From: Chloroflexota bacterium
Lineage (GTDB): Bacteria; Chloroflexota; Dehalococcoidia; CAUJGQ01
Direction of reading: 5' to 3'
NCBI GenBank assembly: GCA_036741355.1
Contig: DAINSK010000004.1
Coordinates: 65,289 to 129,288, forward strand
DNA length: 64,000 nt
This document shows, piece after piece, positions 36,211 to 46,344 of the stretch. The notes below the pieces were generated by a model. The model made no database searches and was not told the origin of the DNA. It worked only from the letters and a program-made list of their open reading frames with translations. The translations under genes were made by a program, and so were the position numbers. Position 1 is the first letter of the stretch, and each line of letters begins with the position of its first letter.

Positions 36211-38070
36211 CTACGCCGTCACGTACATGTAATCGTACATGCGCCAGAAGATGTTCCAGGTTGGCACCGCTGCGCCGCTCTTGTCCTTCGGCATGCCGCC
36301 GATGTTCGGCTTCAGCAGACCGAGGTTCTGCGGGTAGTGGGTGAAGATCGCGCCCGCCTGCGCCGCCAGGATCTGGTCCGCCTGCTGGTACAAATCAAAC
36401 CGCTTCTTCGGGTCTGTCTCGCCGGCTGCCTGAACGACCAGCTTGTCGAAGTTGTCGTCGTGCCACGCCTGCCGGTGGCCGGAGTCGCCGCCGGACTTCG
36501 ACCAGAACACAAGGTACTGCTCGTCGTTCGGGTCCGGGTAGTCCTCATACCAGCGCAACCAGATCAGTTGCAGCTTGCGTTGGTACATGCGCCCGTAGAC
36601 TTCCTTGCGATCGCCGATCTCGTGATCGATCTTCATGCCCAGGTTGTCCTGGAGCATCTGGATGATCGCGTCGCCGGCAGCGGCTGCGGCGTCGTCCTCG
36701 GTGCGCTGCGTCAACGTGATCTTGGGCCAGTTCTTACCGCCCTCGTACGGCGTGCCCACAAGCTGGGCCTTTGCCAGTGCCGGATCGAACTTGGTGAACT
36801 CGTCGTACTTGTTCGGGTTAAAGCCGGGCGTCCCCGGTGGTATGAACGTATACGCCGGGGAGCCCAGGCCCTGCAGGACGTTCTTGACGATCGAGTCGCG
36901 GTCGATGGCGTGGGCCATCGCCAGCCGAACCTTGGGGTTGGTGAACGGCTCTTTGTCCGCTTCGGGCACGAGGTACCAGGTGCCGTCGAGGAAGTACTTG
37001 ACGACCTGCTTGCTCTCATTGGCGTCGCTCAGGATACGCTTGTAGTCGCCCGGACCCACGCGCGCTACCCAGTCGATTTCGTTGTTCTCGTATGCCGCCG
37101 TGGCGGCGTCGGCTTTGATGATCGGCCGCTGGATCGTCGTCAGGTGAATGTTTTTCGCGTTCCAGTAGCCGTCATGCTTCTGGAGCTCATAGCTCTTGTC
37201 GTGGTCCCACTTGGTGAGCTTGTAGGGGCCGTTGGAGACGATATTACCCGGCTCGGTCCACTTGTCGCCGAACTTTTCGACGGCGTCCTTGTAGGCGGGC
37301 AGTGCCGAGTTATAAGCCAGCAGCGCCGGTAAGTAACCGGCCGGATGCTCGAGCGTCATCTCGAGCGTGTAGTCGTCGACGACCTTCAGGCCGAGCGTCT
37401 TGTCGTCGGGTATCTTGCCGGTGTTGTACGCTTCGGCATTCTTGATGTCGTAAAGGAAATTGGCGTACGCGTCCTTCGTGTCGGGATTGAGCTGCCGACG
37501 GAACGAGTAATCGAAGTCTTTGGCCGTCACCGGCTGGCCGTTGGTCCATTTGCTGTCCTTGCGGATCTTGAACGTGTAAACCGTCCCGTCCGGGCTGACA
37601 GTGAAGCTCTCCGCCATATCCGGCACCGGCTCGAGGTCGGGGTTGAACACCAGCAGCCCCGCAAACACCTCGGCGTCCCCCTGGCAGTAGAGGTCCTTGT
37701 TATAGTCAAAGCTCGAAGGCTCGCTCTCGTTTTGTTGGTTAGTGCGGAAGACCTGGTTTGCCGCTAGTTTCACATTGGCGGGCAATGGACCCGGGCCAAG
37801 TACCTTCGCGCCTGCAACTGGACTGCCGCCCGCTGCGCTCGCATTGGCGGCGGGCGCCTTCGGGGCAGCGTTGTTTGTCGTCTTGGTGCTGTTGTTATTG
37901 CTGCTGCCGCAGGCAGCCAGACCGGCGGCGCCACCCGCTGCAGCGAAGATCAGCAGCGCCTGGCGGCGATCGACCTTGATCGCGCGGAGCCGCTTCTGGA
38001 ACATGCGAAGCTGCTCGGCTTCGTCGTAGACAACGCCAGGTTCTTGACCGTCCAATTCACCGTTACTCAC
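36211..38070 (-). CDS. ABC transporter substrate-binding protein, family 5 (peptide/nickel, DppA/OppA-like), Tat/lipoprotein signal
   Basis: GTG 38070 with GAGGAG RBS. RR-containing n-region, AAGLAAC lipobox, SBP_bac_5 features along 619 aa. Confidence 0.85.
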   Translation of the reverse strand: MSNGELDGQEPGVVYDEAEQLRMFQKRLRAIKVDRRQALLIFAAAGGAAGLAACGSSNNNSTKTTNNAAPKAPAANASAAGGSPVAGAKVLGPGPLPANVKLAANQVFRTNQQNESEPSSFDYNKDLYCQGDAEVFAGLLVFNPDLEPVPDMAESFTVSPDGTVYTFKIRKDSKWTNGQPVTAKDFDYSFRRQLNPDTKDAYANFLYDIKNAEAYNTGKIPDDKTLGLKVVDDYTLEMTLEHPAGYLPALLAYNSALPAYKDAVEKFGDKWTEPGNIVSNGPYKLTKWDHDKSYELQKHDGYWNAKNIHLTTIQRPIIKADAATAAYENNEIDWVARVGPGDYKRILSDANESKQVVKYFLDGTWYLVPEADKEPFTNPKVRLAMAHAIDRDSIVKNVLQGLGSPAYTFIPPGTPGFNPNKYDEFTKFDPALAKAQLVGTPYEGGKNWPKITLTQRTEDDAAAAAGDAIIQMLQDNLGMKIDHEIGDRKEVYGRMYQRKLQLIWLRWYEDYPDPNDEQYLVFWSKSGGDSGHRQAWHDDNFDKLVVQAAGETDPKKRFDLYQQADQILAAQAGAIFTHYPQNLGLLKPNIGGMPKDKSGAAVPTWNIFWRMYDYMYVTA

Positions 38071-38197
38071 GGGGACTCCTCTCTTCGTAGCGCGGCAATC
38101 GCCGCGGTAAGGTCTCGCGGGCTAGATCGCGATCTGTGCTTTTATCCTTCTCAGTGCAGGTGGACCCTCCTTTCGTTGCTCCCGCCGCGTCGCGGCG

Positions 38198-39124
38198 TCA
38201 GTTATTCATGCGAGGATCCAGCGCGTCGCGGATTCCGTCGCCGAGGAAGGTGAATGAAAGCATCGTAAGCCCGAGCGCTGCCGACGGGAATGCCGCCAGG
38301 AACCAGTATGAGCGTACGCTCCTTACGGATTCCGCCACCATCTGCCCCCAGCTCGGGATAGGCGGGTTGACGCCGATGCCGAAGAAGCTGAGCGTCGCCT
38401 CCGTAAAGATGGCGGCCGGAATTCCGAAGGTAATAGCGACGATGATCGGCGTCATCGAGTTTGGCAACATGTGGCGCATGATGATCTGCCAGCCGCGGCC
38501 CCCCGATAGCCTGGCCGCCTTGATGTACTCCTTTTCGCGGATCGAAAGCATTTGTGCGCGTGTCAGCCGGGCGATGATCGGCCAGCTGGTCAGGGAGAGC
38601 GCCAAGATGATGTGATTGACGCTCTTACCCAGCGATTCCATTACCAGGATCGCGAAGAACAGGACCGGAATCGAGTAGATCACGTCCACGGCCCGCATAA
38701 TCGCGTTATCGGTGCGGCCCGCATAGAACCCCGCGAGGCTGCCGATCGTCACGCCGATGAGAGTCGCGAAGAGCTGCGAGACCAGTCCAACTTCCATGGA
38801 AATGCGGGCGCCGTAAATGATGCGGCTGTACAGATCGCGACCCAACAAGTCGGCGCCGAGCCAGTAGGTCGGGTTTGGGCTTACGCCGTGGTCGGCCAGG
38901 TGCTGGCGTGCATAGCCAAACCGCATGAGCTGGTCGGCGACGAGGGCCGTCAAGATGAGGACCAGCACGCCGATGCCGCCGATGATCGCCAGTTTGTTCT
39001 TGATGAGCCGCCGCCAGGCATCCCCCCACAGGCTGGCCCGTCGCAGCGACACGCCCTCCGTTTCAAACGAGGACGTTTGTCGTGGCGAGATGACCGTGCC
39101 GATCTGGGCATCCGGCATCGCCAT
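38198..39124 (-). CDS. ABC transporter permease (DppC/OppC-like)
   Basis: OppC_N plus BPD_transp_1 permease with EAA-like loop. 308 aa. Confidence 0.85.
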   Translation of the reverse strand: MAMPDAQIGTVISPRQTSSFETEGVSLRRASLWGDAWRRLIKNKLAIIGGIGVLVLILTALVADQLMRFGYARQHLADHGVSPNPTYWLGADLLGRDLYSRIIYGARISMEVGLVSQLFATLIGVTIGSLAGFYAGRTDNAIMRAVDVIYSIPVLFFAILVMESLGKSVNHIILALSLTSWPIIARLTRAQMLSIREKEYIKAARLSGGRGWQIIMRHMLPNSMTPIIVAITFGIPAAIFTEATLSFFGIGVNPPIPSWGQMVAESVRSVRSYWFLAAFPSAALGLTMLSFTFLGDGIRDALDPRMNN

Positions 39125-39200
39125 TGTCAGGGCTCCTTCTGACCGTTGGCTTTCACCTTACCCCCGTCCGGTTTCCATCGCGTTACTTGCACCAGGCTTC

Positions 39201-40130
39201 TCATGAATAGCGGATGCGGGGATCGACGACGCCGTAGAGCAGGTCCACGATCAAGTTGAGTATGGTGATGAACACGCCTAACAGCAGGATGATCGCCATG
39301 ATCATCGGGTAGTCGCGGCCGGTAAAGCTTTCCACGAAGTACTTACCGATCCCCGGAACGCGGAAGATGCTCTCGATCGCGGGTGAGCCGGTCAAGATCG
39401 CGGCGAAGATCGGCGCCATGATCGTCAGTGGTGGGATGAGCCCGTTCTTGACGACGTGGACCAGCATCACGCGTTGCTCCGTGAGCCCCTTTGCGCGTGC
39501 GGTGCGCACGTAGTCGGAGCGAATCACGTCGATCATGCTGGAGCGCGTGTAGCGGGCGATGGTCGCCAGCGGCGTCATGCCAAGCGCGATCGCCGGCATG
39601 ATGACGTCGGAAGGGCTGTTCCAGCCACCCGTGTGGGGGATCCAGTGTAAAGCCAGCACGAACAGCAAGATCAGGAAGACGCCCAGCACAAAGTTGGGCA
39701 GGGCGATGCCGAGCATCGCCGTCACGCTGCAGGCGTAATCTATCGGGCCATTCTGGTTCATGGCTGCTGCGATGCCGAATGCCAGCCCGCCCACGACCGC
39801 GAGTGTCAGCGCCACCGCGCCGAGCTCAAGCGAGGTCTTGGTATTCTTCTGCAGGATCTCGGTGACGTCCCGCGTTTTGTAGACGAACGACTTACCGAAG
39901 TCCAGATGAACGCCCCGCCAGACGAACGTCAGGTACTGCCGATAGAGCGGCTTGTCGAGTCCCCAGGCCTTTTTCAGGACGTTCTGCTCGGTGGGGGTGA
40001 GCGGGTTATTGGCCGAGTCGGGCTGGATCGGGCTGCCCGGAGTCGCGTGCATAAAGATGAAGGTGATCAACGAAAGTGACAGCAGCGTTGGCACCATCCA
40101 AGCGACGCGAAATGCAGCATACCGGAGCAT
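39201..40130 (-). CDS. ABC transporter permease (DppB/OppB-like)
   Basis: Six-TM permease with conserved DppB-type loop. 309 aa. Confidence 0.85.
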   Translation of the reverse strand: MLRYAAFRVAWMVPTLLSLSLITFIFMHATPGSPIQPDSANNPLTPTEQNVLKKAWGLDKPLYRQYLTFVWRGVHLDFGKSFVYKTRDVTEILQKNTKTSLELGAVALTLAVVGGLAFGIAAAMNQNGPIDYACSVTAMLGIALPNFVLGVFLILLFVLALHWIPHTGGWNSPSDVIMPAIALGMTPLATIARYTRSSMIDVIRSDYVRTARAKGLTEQRVMLVHVVKNGLIPPLTIMAPIFAAILTGSPAIESIFRVPGIGKYFVESFTGRDYPMIMAIILLLGVFITILNLIVDLLYGVVDPRIRYS

Positions 40131-40300
40131 CCGCCAACCCCCACCCCAAGGCGCGCCAGATGCCGGCCCGCCCCAATCGAGGAAATTAAGCGAGTTATAC
40201 TCCTAACAAGTCGCCACGGCAAGTTCTTTACGCGTTGATTCCGTCAAGCCCCGCCTGCATCGCATAACATCGGCCCCGTAACCGCGAGTGCCCGCGTATC

Positions 40301-42811
40301 ATGAGCGCAATCTCGACCATCGAGGACGCGCCTTTGCCAAGGAAACGACCCGCTCCCCGCAGCTTTATACTGCCGTTGCTCCCCCGCCGCCGCGGCGTCA
40401 TGTTTCCGAATGTGGCCGCGCCAATCCTCGTCGGCCGGCGCTCCTCCGTGCTCGCCATCGACGAGGCGACGCAGCGTGGGCTCGACGTCGCCGTCGTCAC
40501 CCAACGCGATCCCTCGCTTACCGACCTGGAGATGGGCGACCTTTTCCCGATCGCGACTGAAGCCGTCATCAATCGCGCCTTACGCCTGCCCGATGGCACC
40601 ACCCAGGTTTGGGCTCAGGGCCAGCGGCGGCTACAGGTGCTCGAAATCGTCGCCACCGAGCCGTATTACCAGGTGCGCGTGGTGCCGATTCTGGAGGGCG
40701 ACGACGGTTCGGTGGCAACCGAGGCGCTGACGCGGGCCGTGCTCGCACTGTTCGAAAAGGTTGTCCGGCTGTCGCCGTCGTTGCCCGAAGATGCCTATGT
40801 CATGGCGATGAACATCGACAAGCCGGGATGGCTGGCCGACTTTGTCGCTTCTTCACTGGATCTCGACGACGGAGAGGCTCAGGCCGTTCTCTCAACGCTG
40901 GAGCCCGGTGAGCGCCTGCAGCGCGTGAACATCATCCTAGCGCGTGAGCTTGATGTGCTGGAGCTCCAGAGCCGCATCCACACCAAGGTGCAGGAAGAGG
41001 TCGACAAGTCGCAGCGGGAGTACTTCCTGCGCGAGCAGCTCAAAGCGATCCAGAAGGAGCTGGGCGAGATCGACCCGCAGTCGCGCGAAGTCGCCGTGCA
41101 GCGGGAGAAGATCGAAGCATCGGGCATGCCCGCCGAGGTGTCGGCAAAAGCCGAAGAGGAGTTACGACGGCTCGAACAGATGCCGCTGGCGGCGCCGGAG
41201 ACGGCGGTGATCCGCAGCTACGTCGATTGGCTGGTGGCGCTCCCCTGGACGAAGCGCACCGAGGACACGTTGGACCTCAAGCACGCCGCGCAGATCCTCG
41301 ACCGCAATCATTACGGGCTCCCGCGCGTGAAGGAACGCATTCTCGAGTTTATGGCGGTCCGCAGTCTGGCCAAAGAGCGGCACCGCAGCCCGATCCTCTG
41401 CTTCGTCGGACCGCCCGGCGTTGGTAAGACGAGCCTGGGCCGCTCGATCGCAGAGGCGCTGGGACGACGGTTTGCCCGCATCAGCCTGGGCGGAATCCGC
41501 GACGAGGCGGAGATCCGCGGCCACCGCCGCACGTATGTAGGCGCACTTCCGGGGCGGATAATCCACACGATGCGACAGGTCGGAACGGTTAACCCCGTGT
41601 TCATGTTGGATGAGATCGACAAGGTGGGCACCGACTTCCGCGGCGACCCGTCGTCGGCGCTATTGGAGGCGCTCGATCCGGAGCAGAACTCCGGCTTCTC
41701 CGACCATTACCTTGACGTGGCGTACGACCTTTCACAAGTGCTGTTCATTACGACCGCGAATATGCTCGATCCGATCATCCCGGCGCTTCGCGACCGCCTG
41801 GAAGTGATTGAGCTCTCAGGCTACGTCGAAGACGAGAAACTCAACATCGCGCGGCGTTTTTTGGTACCACGCCAGATCGACGAAAACGGTCTGACACCGG
41901 CGAACCTGACTTTCAACGACGCGGCGCTGCGCCGGCTGATACGCGAGTACACGCACGAAGCCGGCGTACGGGGACTGGAGCGCGAAATCGGTCAGATCTG
42001 TCGCAAGGTCGCGCGGCAGGTTGCCGAAGGCCAGACGCGCTTGGTGCACGTCGGCCCGGGTGCCCTCGCCCGGTTCGTCGGTGCGCAAAAATACTTCTGG
42101 GGCATGGCCGAGGAGCACGATGAGATCGGCCTCGCGACAGGCGTCGCCCGCACCGATATGGGCGGCGATATTCTGGGTATCGAGGTGACCTTGATGCCCG
42201 GAAAAGGCAACCTGATCCTTACCGGACAGTTGGGCGAGGTAATGCGAGAGTCGGCGCAGGCGGCGCTCTCATTCGCGCGGTCGCGATCGGCAGAGCTCGG
42301 CATTTCCCTTGTTGACGCCGAAAAACAGGATATCCATGTCCACGTTCCGGCCGGCGGAATCCCCAAGGACGGTCCTTCGGCTGGTATCACCATCGCGACG
42401 GCGTTGATCTCGGCGCTGACACAGCAGCCGGTCGATCGACAAGTGGCGATGACCGGAGAAATCACGCTTCGCGGCCGTGTGTTGCCGGTGGGCGGCATCA
42501 AGGACAAGGTGCTGGCGGCGCACCGGGCAGGGATCAAGACGTTCGTGTTGCCAGCCAAGAACGAAAAAGACCTGGACGAAGTGCCGCAGCTCGTACGCCG
42601 CAGTTTGAGATTCGTATTCGCCGATGAGATGCGTGACGTGCTTCGAGTGGCGTTCCCGGGCTGGCAGCCGAGCAGGACGGCTGGTTTGAGTGATCCGGTG
42701 GAGCTGCGAACAGAACGCACCGCGGTGAGCGTCCCGAGCCGAACCCACGGCGGACCGCCGGTGCCGCATCTGCGTCCACCGGAGGTACATCGTAGCCCGC
42801 CGCCGGCGTGA
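40301..42811 (+). CDS. lon: ATP-dependent Lon protease (LonA)
   Basis: N-terminal LON domain (LPLLPRRRGVMFPNVAAPILVGR), AAA+ Walker A GPPGVGKTSLG, protease catalytic PKDGPSAGIT. 836 aa. Confidence 0.9.
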   Translation: MSAISTIEDAPLPRKRPAPRSFILPLLPRRRGVMFPNVAAPILVGRRSSVLAIDEATQRGLDVAVVTQRDPSLTDLEMGDLFPIATEAVINRALRLPDGTTQVWAQGQRRLQVLEIVATEPYYQVRVVPILEGDDGSVATEALTRAVLALFEKVVRLSPSLPEDAYVMAMNIDKPGWLADFVASSLDLDDGEAQAVLSTLEPGERLQRVNIILARELDVLELQSRIHTKVQEEVDKSQREYFLREQLKAIQKELGEIDPQSREVAVQREKIEASGMPAEVSAKAEEELRRLEQMPLAAPETAVIRSYVDWLVALPWTKRTEDTLDLKHAAQILDRNHYGLPRVKERILEFMAVRSLAKERHRSPILCFVGPPGVGKTSLGRSIAEALGRRFARISLGGIRDEAEIRGHRRTYVGALPGRIIHTMRQVGTVNPVFMLDEIDKVGTDFRGDPSSALLEALDPEQNSGFSDHYLDVAYDLSQVLFITTANMLDPIIPALRDRLEVIELSGYVEDEKLNIARRFLVPRQIDENGLTPANLTFNDAALRRLIREYTHEAGVRGLEREIGQICRKVARQVAEGQTRLVHVGPGALARFVGAQKYFWGMAEEHDEIGLATGVARTDMGGDILGIEVTLMPGKGNLILTGQLGEVMRESAQAALSFARSRSAELGISLVDAEKQDIHVHVPAGGIPKDGPSAGITIATALISALTQQPVDRQVAMTGEITLRGRVLPVGGIKDKVLAAHRAGIKTFVLPAKNEKDLDEVPQLVRRSLRFVFADEMRDVLRVAFPGWQPSRTAGLSDPVELRTERTAVSVPSRTHGGPPVPHLRPPEVHRSPPPA

Positions 42812-42899
42812 GCAGCGGAGCAATCATTTCTTAAAATGCTGGCGGGCGGCACAGTTTTTTGCATATCAATACGGCGGGCGGCCGGGTACGGGCTCAGCG

Positions 42900-43397
42900 T
42901 TGAACTGGCTCGATTTCGCGATCATCGTGACGATCCTGTGGTTCGCGATCACAGGGCTGACCGTCGGTCTTCTGCGCGAAGTGGTGACGCTGGTTGCTGC
43001 CTTTCTTGGGGTGGTCCTGGCCGGGCGGCTGTATGCGCGTCTCGCGGACGATATCCGCATCGTTCACGCCGACACGCGGATGGACCAGTTGATCGCCTTC
43101 ATCGCTATTTTTGGGGCGACTGCGCTTGCCGGCCAGATCGCCGGCAGCCTGCTCAAGCAGACCGCGTCACTGCTGCTGCTGGGGCCCGTTGACCGCGTGG
43201 CCGGCCTGGCGTTTGGGCTCCTCAAAGGGCTGATCATCGTCGAGCTGGTCTTGATCGCCTTTGCTGTGTTCCCATCAGCGATGTGGATGAAGACGGCGAT
43301 CGATACTTCGTTGCTGGCACCGCTGTTTCTCGATGGCGCGCCCTGGCTGCTTCACCTGCTGCCGGGCGGGTTCCGTTCAGCCGTACACGCGGTGTAG
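42900..43397 (+). CDS. cvpA: CvpA family membrane protein (colicin V production protein)
   Basis: TTG start. N-terminus LNWLDFAIIVTILWFAITGL matches the CvpA start (MVWIDYAIIA...). Four TM segments. Confidence 0.7.
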   Translation: MNWLDFAIIVTILWFAITGLTVGLLREVVTLVAAFLGVVLAGRLYARLADDIRIVHADTRMDQLIAFIAIFGATALAGQIAGSLLKQTASLLLLGPVDRVAGLAFGLLKGLIIVELVLIAFAVFPSAMWMKTAIDTSLLAPLFLDGAPWLLHLLPGGFRSAVHAV

Positions 43398-43490
43398 TGG
43401 AGACACACCCGCGCGTTGTCAGCCGTTCGAATGCTCTGTTATGATTCGGCCACCACCAGCTGTGCGTGATTTCTCGGTCGAGCGTGCTCT

Positions 43491-44018
43491 ATGGAGCCTG
43501 CTGTACTCGTTCTTAATCAGAATTACGATCCGATCAACGTGTGTAACGCTCGCCGTGCCTTCACGCTCCTGTACGGGGGCAAGGCCGAAGTGCTGGAACA
43601 CGGCCTTGGCGTTCTTCGCAGCCCTAGCTTTGCGTTTCCGCTTCCTTCCGTCATCCGCCTGGTCTACATGGTGAAGCGGCCCCGTCCGCAAATGCGCCTG
43701 ACCAGGCGCGAAGTCTTCATGCGCGACCGCTACACCTGCCAGTATTGCGGCCGCCAGGCGCGCGAGTTGACGCTCGATCACGTCTTTCCACGCCACCGTG
43801 GCGGACGGCATACCTGGGAGAACCTGGTGGCGGCGTGCAAGGGCTGCAACCACCGGAAGGCCGGTCGCACGCCGTCAGAGGCGCGGATGCTGTTGAGCAG
43901 GGCGCCCTACCGGCCCAGAGTGAGCAGCTATTACCTGTTCTACCAGTACCTCGACGTCCAGCACGAATGGCGCAAATTTATCCCGGGCTGGGACGAAGCC
44001 AGCATCGGCATCTCTTGA
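43491..44018 (+). CDS. HNH endonuclease family protein
   Basis: CQYCGRQ...LDHVFPRHRGG...NLVAACKGCNHRK HNH motif. Confidence 0.75.
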   Translation: MEPAVLVLNQNYDPINVCNARRAFTLLYGGKAEVLEHGLGVLRSPSFAFPLPSVIRLVYMVKRPRPQMRLTRREVFMRDRYTCQYCGRQARELTLDHVFPRHRGGRHTWENLVAACKGCNHRKAGRTPSEARMLLSRAPYRPRVSSYYLFYQYLDVQHEWRKFIPGWDEASIGIS

Positions 44019-44031
44019 AAGCGAGCGTGCG

Positions 44032-44691
44032 TTACCCCAGCAGGACTGCGCGTAAAGCGTCCTCGGTTTCCGGCGGGGTAACTGCGAGCACCTGGTCGCC
44101 GTCCTGCAGCACCGTATCCGGGGTGGGGACCTTGGCAAAGCCGTCCGAATCGACCAGCAGCGGAATCAGGGAGCGCTGAGGCAGCAGCAGGTCGCGCACG
44201 CGCCGGCCCACCGAAGGCGAATCCTGGACCAATTGGGCCTCTACAAGCTCCAGGCCGCTATTGCGGAGCGTAAGCAAAGGGATCAAGTGGTGAGTGGGAA
44301 GCGCCTGTTCGATGTGGGCGAGGATGACGGCTGTGGCGCTGACAGTCGTGTCAATGCCCAGCTTTTTGAAGATCGCCTCGTTCTTCGGGTTGTTTATACG
44401 GGCGATGGTGCGCGGCACGTCGAACTTGTTGCGTGCCACCTGGCAGGCCACGAGGTTATCCTCATCGCCACCGGTCACCGCAATGAACATGTTGGCTCGG
44501 CCCGTCCCGGCGTTGTCGAGCACCGCGGCCTCGCAGCCGTCTCCGCATAAGGTGATGTCGCCGAGCTCGTCGGTGATGCGCTCGCACTTGGTCGGATCCT
44601 GCTCGATGACAAGTAGCTCATGTCCCTCACTGACCAGCTCTCGGGCAAGGTAAAAACCGACTTTGCCGCCGCCGACGACAATGATGTACAC
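44032..44691 (-). CDS. trkA: TrkA/KtrA family K+ transport regulatory protein (RCK N+C domains)
   Basis: IVVGGGKVG NAD-binding motif, TrkA-N then TrkA-C. 219 aa. GTG start. Confidence 0.85.
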   Translation of the reverse strand: MYIIVVGGGKVGFYLARELVSEGHELLVIEQDPTKCERITDELGDITLCGDGCEAAVLDNAGTGRANMFIAVTGGDEDNLVACQVARNKFDVPRTIARINNPKNEAIFKKLGIDTTVSATAVILAHIEQALPTHHLIPLLTLRNSGLELVEAQLVQDSPSVGRRVRDLLLPQRSLIPLLVDSDGFAKVPTPDTVLQDGDQVLAVTPPETEDALRAVLLG

Positions 44692-44709
44692 GGTTGGCCG
44701 CCTTCTTGC

Positions 44710-45111
44710 TTAGCGTTCCAGTGCGTCGTGAAGTAGTTGCGCGCCGACTTTTGTCGGGCTGATCGTTTCAAGCCCAAGGGTGTGGTACAGCTCTTCCCGG
44801 ATGGGGTCGTAGATGCGGCAAACGACGCGCTTAACGTTGAACAGGTGTTGAGCGATCTGTGCCGCCATGACGTTGCGATTATCGCCCTGCGTCACGGCAA
44901 CAAACGCGTCCGCGTCCTGGATACCCGCGCGACGCAACACGTCCATGTCGATGCCGTTACCGACCAGGGCGCGCCCGCTAAAGTCCGAAGGTAGCCGCTT
45001 CCTGAATGACTCGCTGCGCAGATCGAGGATGGTTACGTCGTGACCTTCGCGGTCCAGCGTGGTGGCGAGTTGCGCGCCCACACGGCCGCAGCCCATGATC
45101 ACGACCTTCAC
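44710..45111 (-). CDS. TrkA-N (RCK N-terminal) domain protein
   Basis: VKVVIMGCGRVG Rossmann motif. GTG 45111 with GAGGAGAG RBS. The listed ORF starts further upstream at 45153 without support. Confidence 0.75.
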   Translation of the reverse strand: MKVVIMGCGRVGAQLATTLDREGHDVTILDLRSESFRKRLPSDFSGRALVGNGIDMDVLRRAGIQDADAFVAVTQGDNRNVMAAQIAQHLFNVKRVVCRIYDPIREELYHTLGLETISPTKVGAQLLHDALER

Positions 45112-45156
45112 AATTCTCTCCTCGTGCCACGTCAAGTATGTGAAACCAAACACATG

Positions 45157-46344
45157 CTAGGTATCGGTCTGATCTCTGTCAACGCGGCAAATCAACACCG
45201 AATGCCGGCCGAGCACACGCGTCAGTACAAGGATCCGTTCCCCAGAACCTTCTAACCTGAGAGAGCGCTCCAGCTCCTGCGGATCTAGCGGCGAAGCGCG
45301 TGTCTTGACGACTACGTGGCCGATATCGAGCGCCCGCAGGCGGCGGCGTAGCTGTTTCAGATTGAATGGCATCCACTCCTCGACGCGGTAAGCCGTCGCG
45401 AACGGCGTTTGCTGCGAAACGTCGGCGCATAGGAAGGCGGTCGAGTCGTCGATCTTGGTGGCGCCCAGGCTGTGGGCGACCTGCTCAATCGCGTGGGCGC
45501 GGATCACGGCTGGTCCGGGTTCGAAGAGGAACTGACGCGGTGGCGCCGCCGGCACATGCGCCACGGAAACGGTGGTGAGGGTCTGCCCGCCCGGCAACAG
45601 GGTGGCGCGCCGGCGGGTCGTAGCCAGCGGCCCCAGCCAGAGCACCGCCTGCTTGAGGTCACCACGCTCCTGGATGAATTCGACTTCGCAGCCGGACGGA
45701 AGCGCTTCGTCGCGTATCCCGGGGGAAACCTTGATGGCCAGCGCCGGCATACTGCCGGCCAGCGCGGTCACGGCGCCAAGCGGTGGCTCGTAATGCCGCG
45801 GGTCAAATATGCGCCGTCCGTCGGACCGCCGGCCCGGGTCGCAAAAGGCTGCCTCTACGTTCGCTAATGGCACCGACCGGATGTCGCCGAGCAGGAAGTC
45901 GGTGCGCTCTGTGACGCCGTATACCTCGGCGTTGGCCCGGGCGATGGCCAGCCGCAGCGGATCACGATCGATCGCCACGACACGGCTAATTCGCGCCAGC
46001 GCAATCGTGTCGCCGCCGATCCCGCATCCGAGGTCGGCCATTCGTTCGAAGCCTGCGAAGCGTGCGGCACAATGGGCTGAGACGGCTTCGCCGGTGGCTT
46101 GCTCCAGCGCGTCGCGGGTGAAAAACATGCGAGACGCAAATGAGAACTTGCGCGCGGCCCGCTTGCGGAGGTCAATCGTCTCGATCGCGGCAGCCACGTG
46201 GTCGGGCGGGTAGTCCCGTCGCAAGCGGGTCAGCGCCTGCAGCTCGCTTGCCGATTCCAGCATGACTTCGGCGGCACGGCTCAACAGAACCTCGCCCGCA
46301 GCCGAGCGCAAAAAAGCGAGGGTTTCAAGCCCTTTCACTTCAAC
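45157..46344 (-). CDS. Class I SAM-dependent methyltransferase
   Basis: SAM motif I LGCGIGGDTIALA followed by the acidic motif II region. The N-terminal extension in the listed ORF (to 46569) overlaps the next gene and is Arg-rich, so the start is placed near 46344 or 46263. Confidence 0.55.
   Translation of the reverse strand, partial: VEVKGLETLAFLRSAAGEVLLSRAAEVMLESASELQALTRLRRDYPPDHVAAAIETIDLRKRAARKFSFASRMFFTRDALEQATGEAVSAHCAARFAGFERMADLGCGIGGDTIALARISRVVAIDRDPLRLAIARANAEVYGVTERTDFLLGDIRSVPLANVEAAFCDPGRRSDGRRIFDPRHYEPPLGAVTALAGSMPALAIKVSPGIRDEALPSGCEVEFIQERGDLKQAVLWLGPLATTRRRATLLPGGQTLTTVSVAHVPAAPPRQFLFEPGPAVIRAHAIEQVAHSLGATKIDDSTAFLCADVSQQTPFATAYRVEEWMPFNLKQLRRRLRALDIGHVVVKTRASPLDPQELERSLRLEGSGERILVLTRVLGRHSVLICRVDRDQTDT

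Noticed and set aside
36088-37332. 414-aa plus-strand ORF
   Set aside because: Antisense of the family-5 substrate-binding protein gene. Arg/Val/Leu-rich with no domain.
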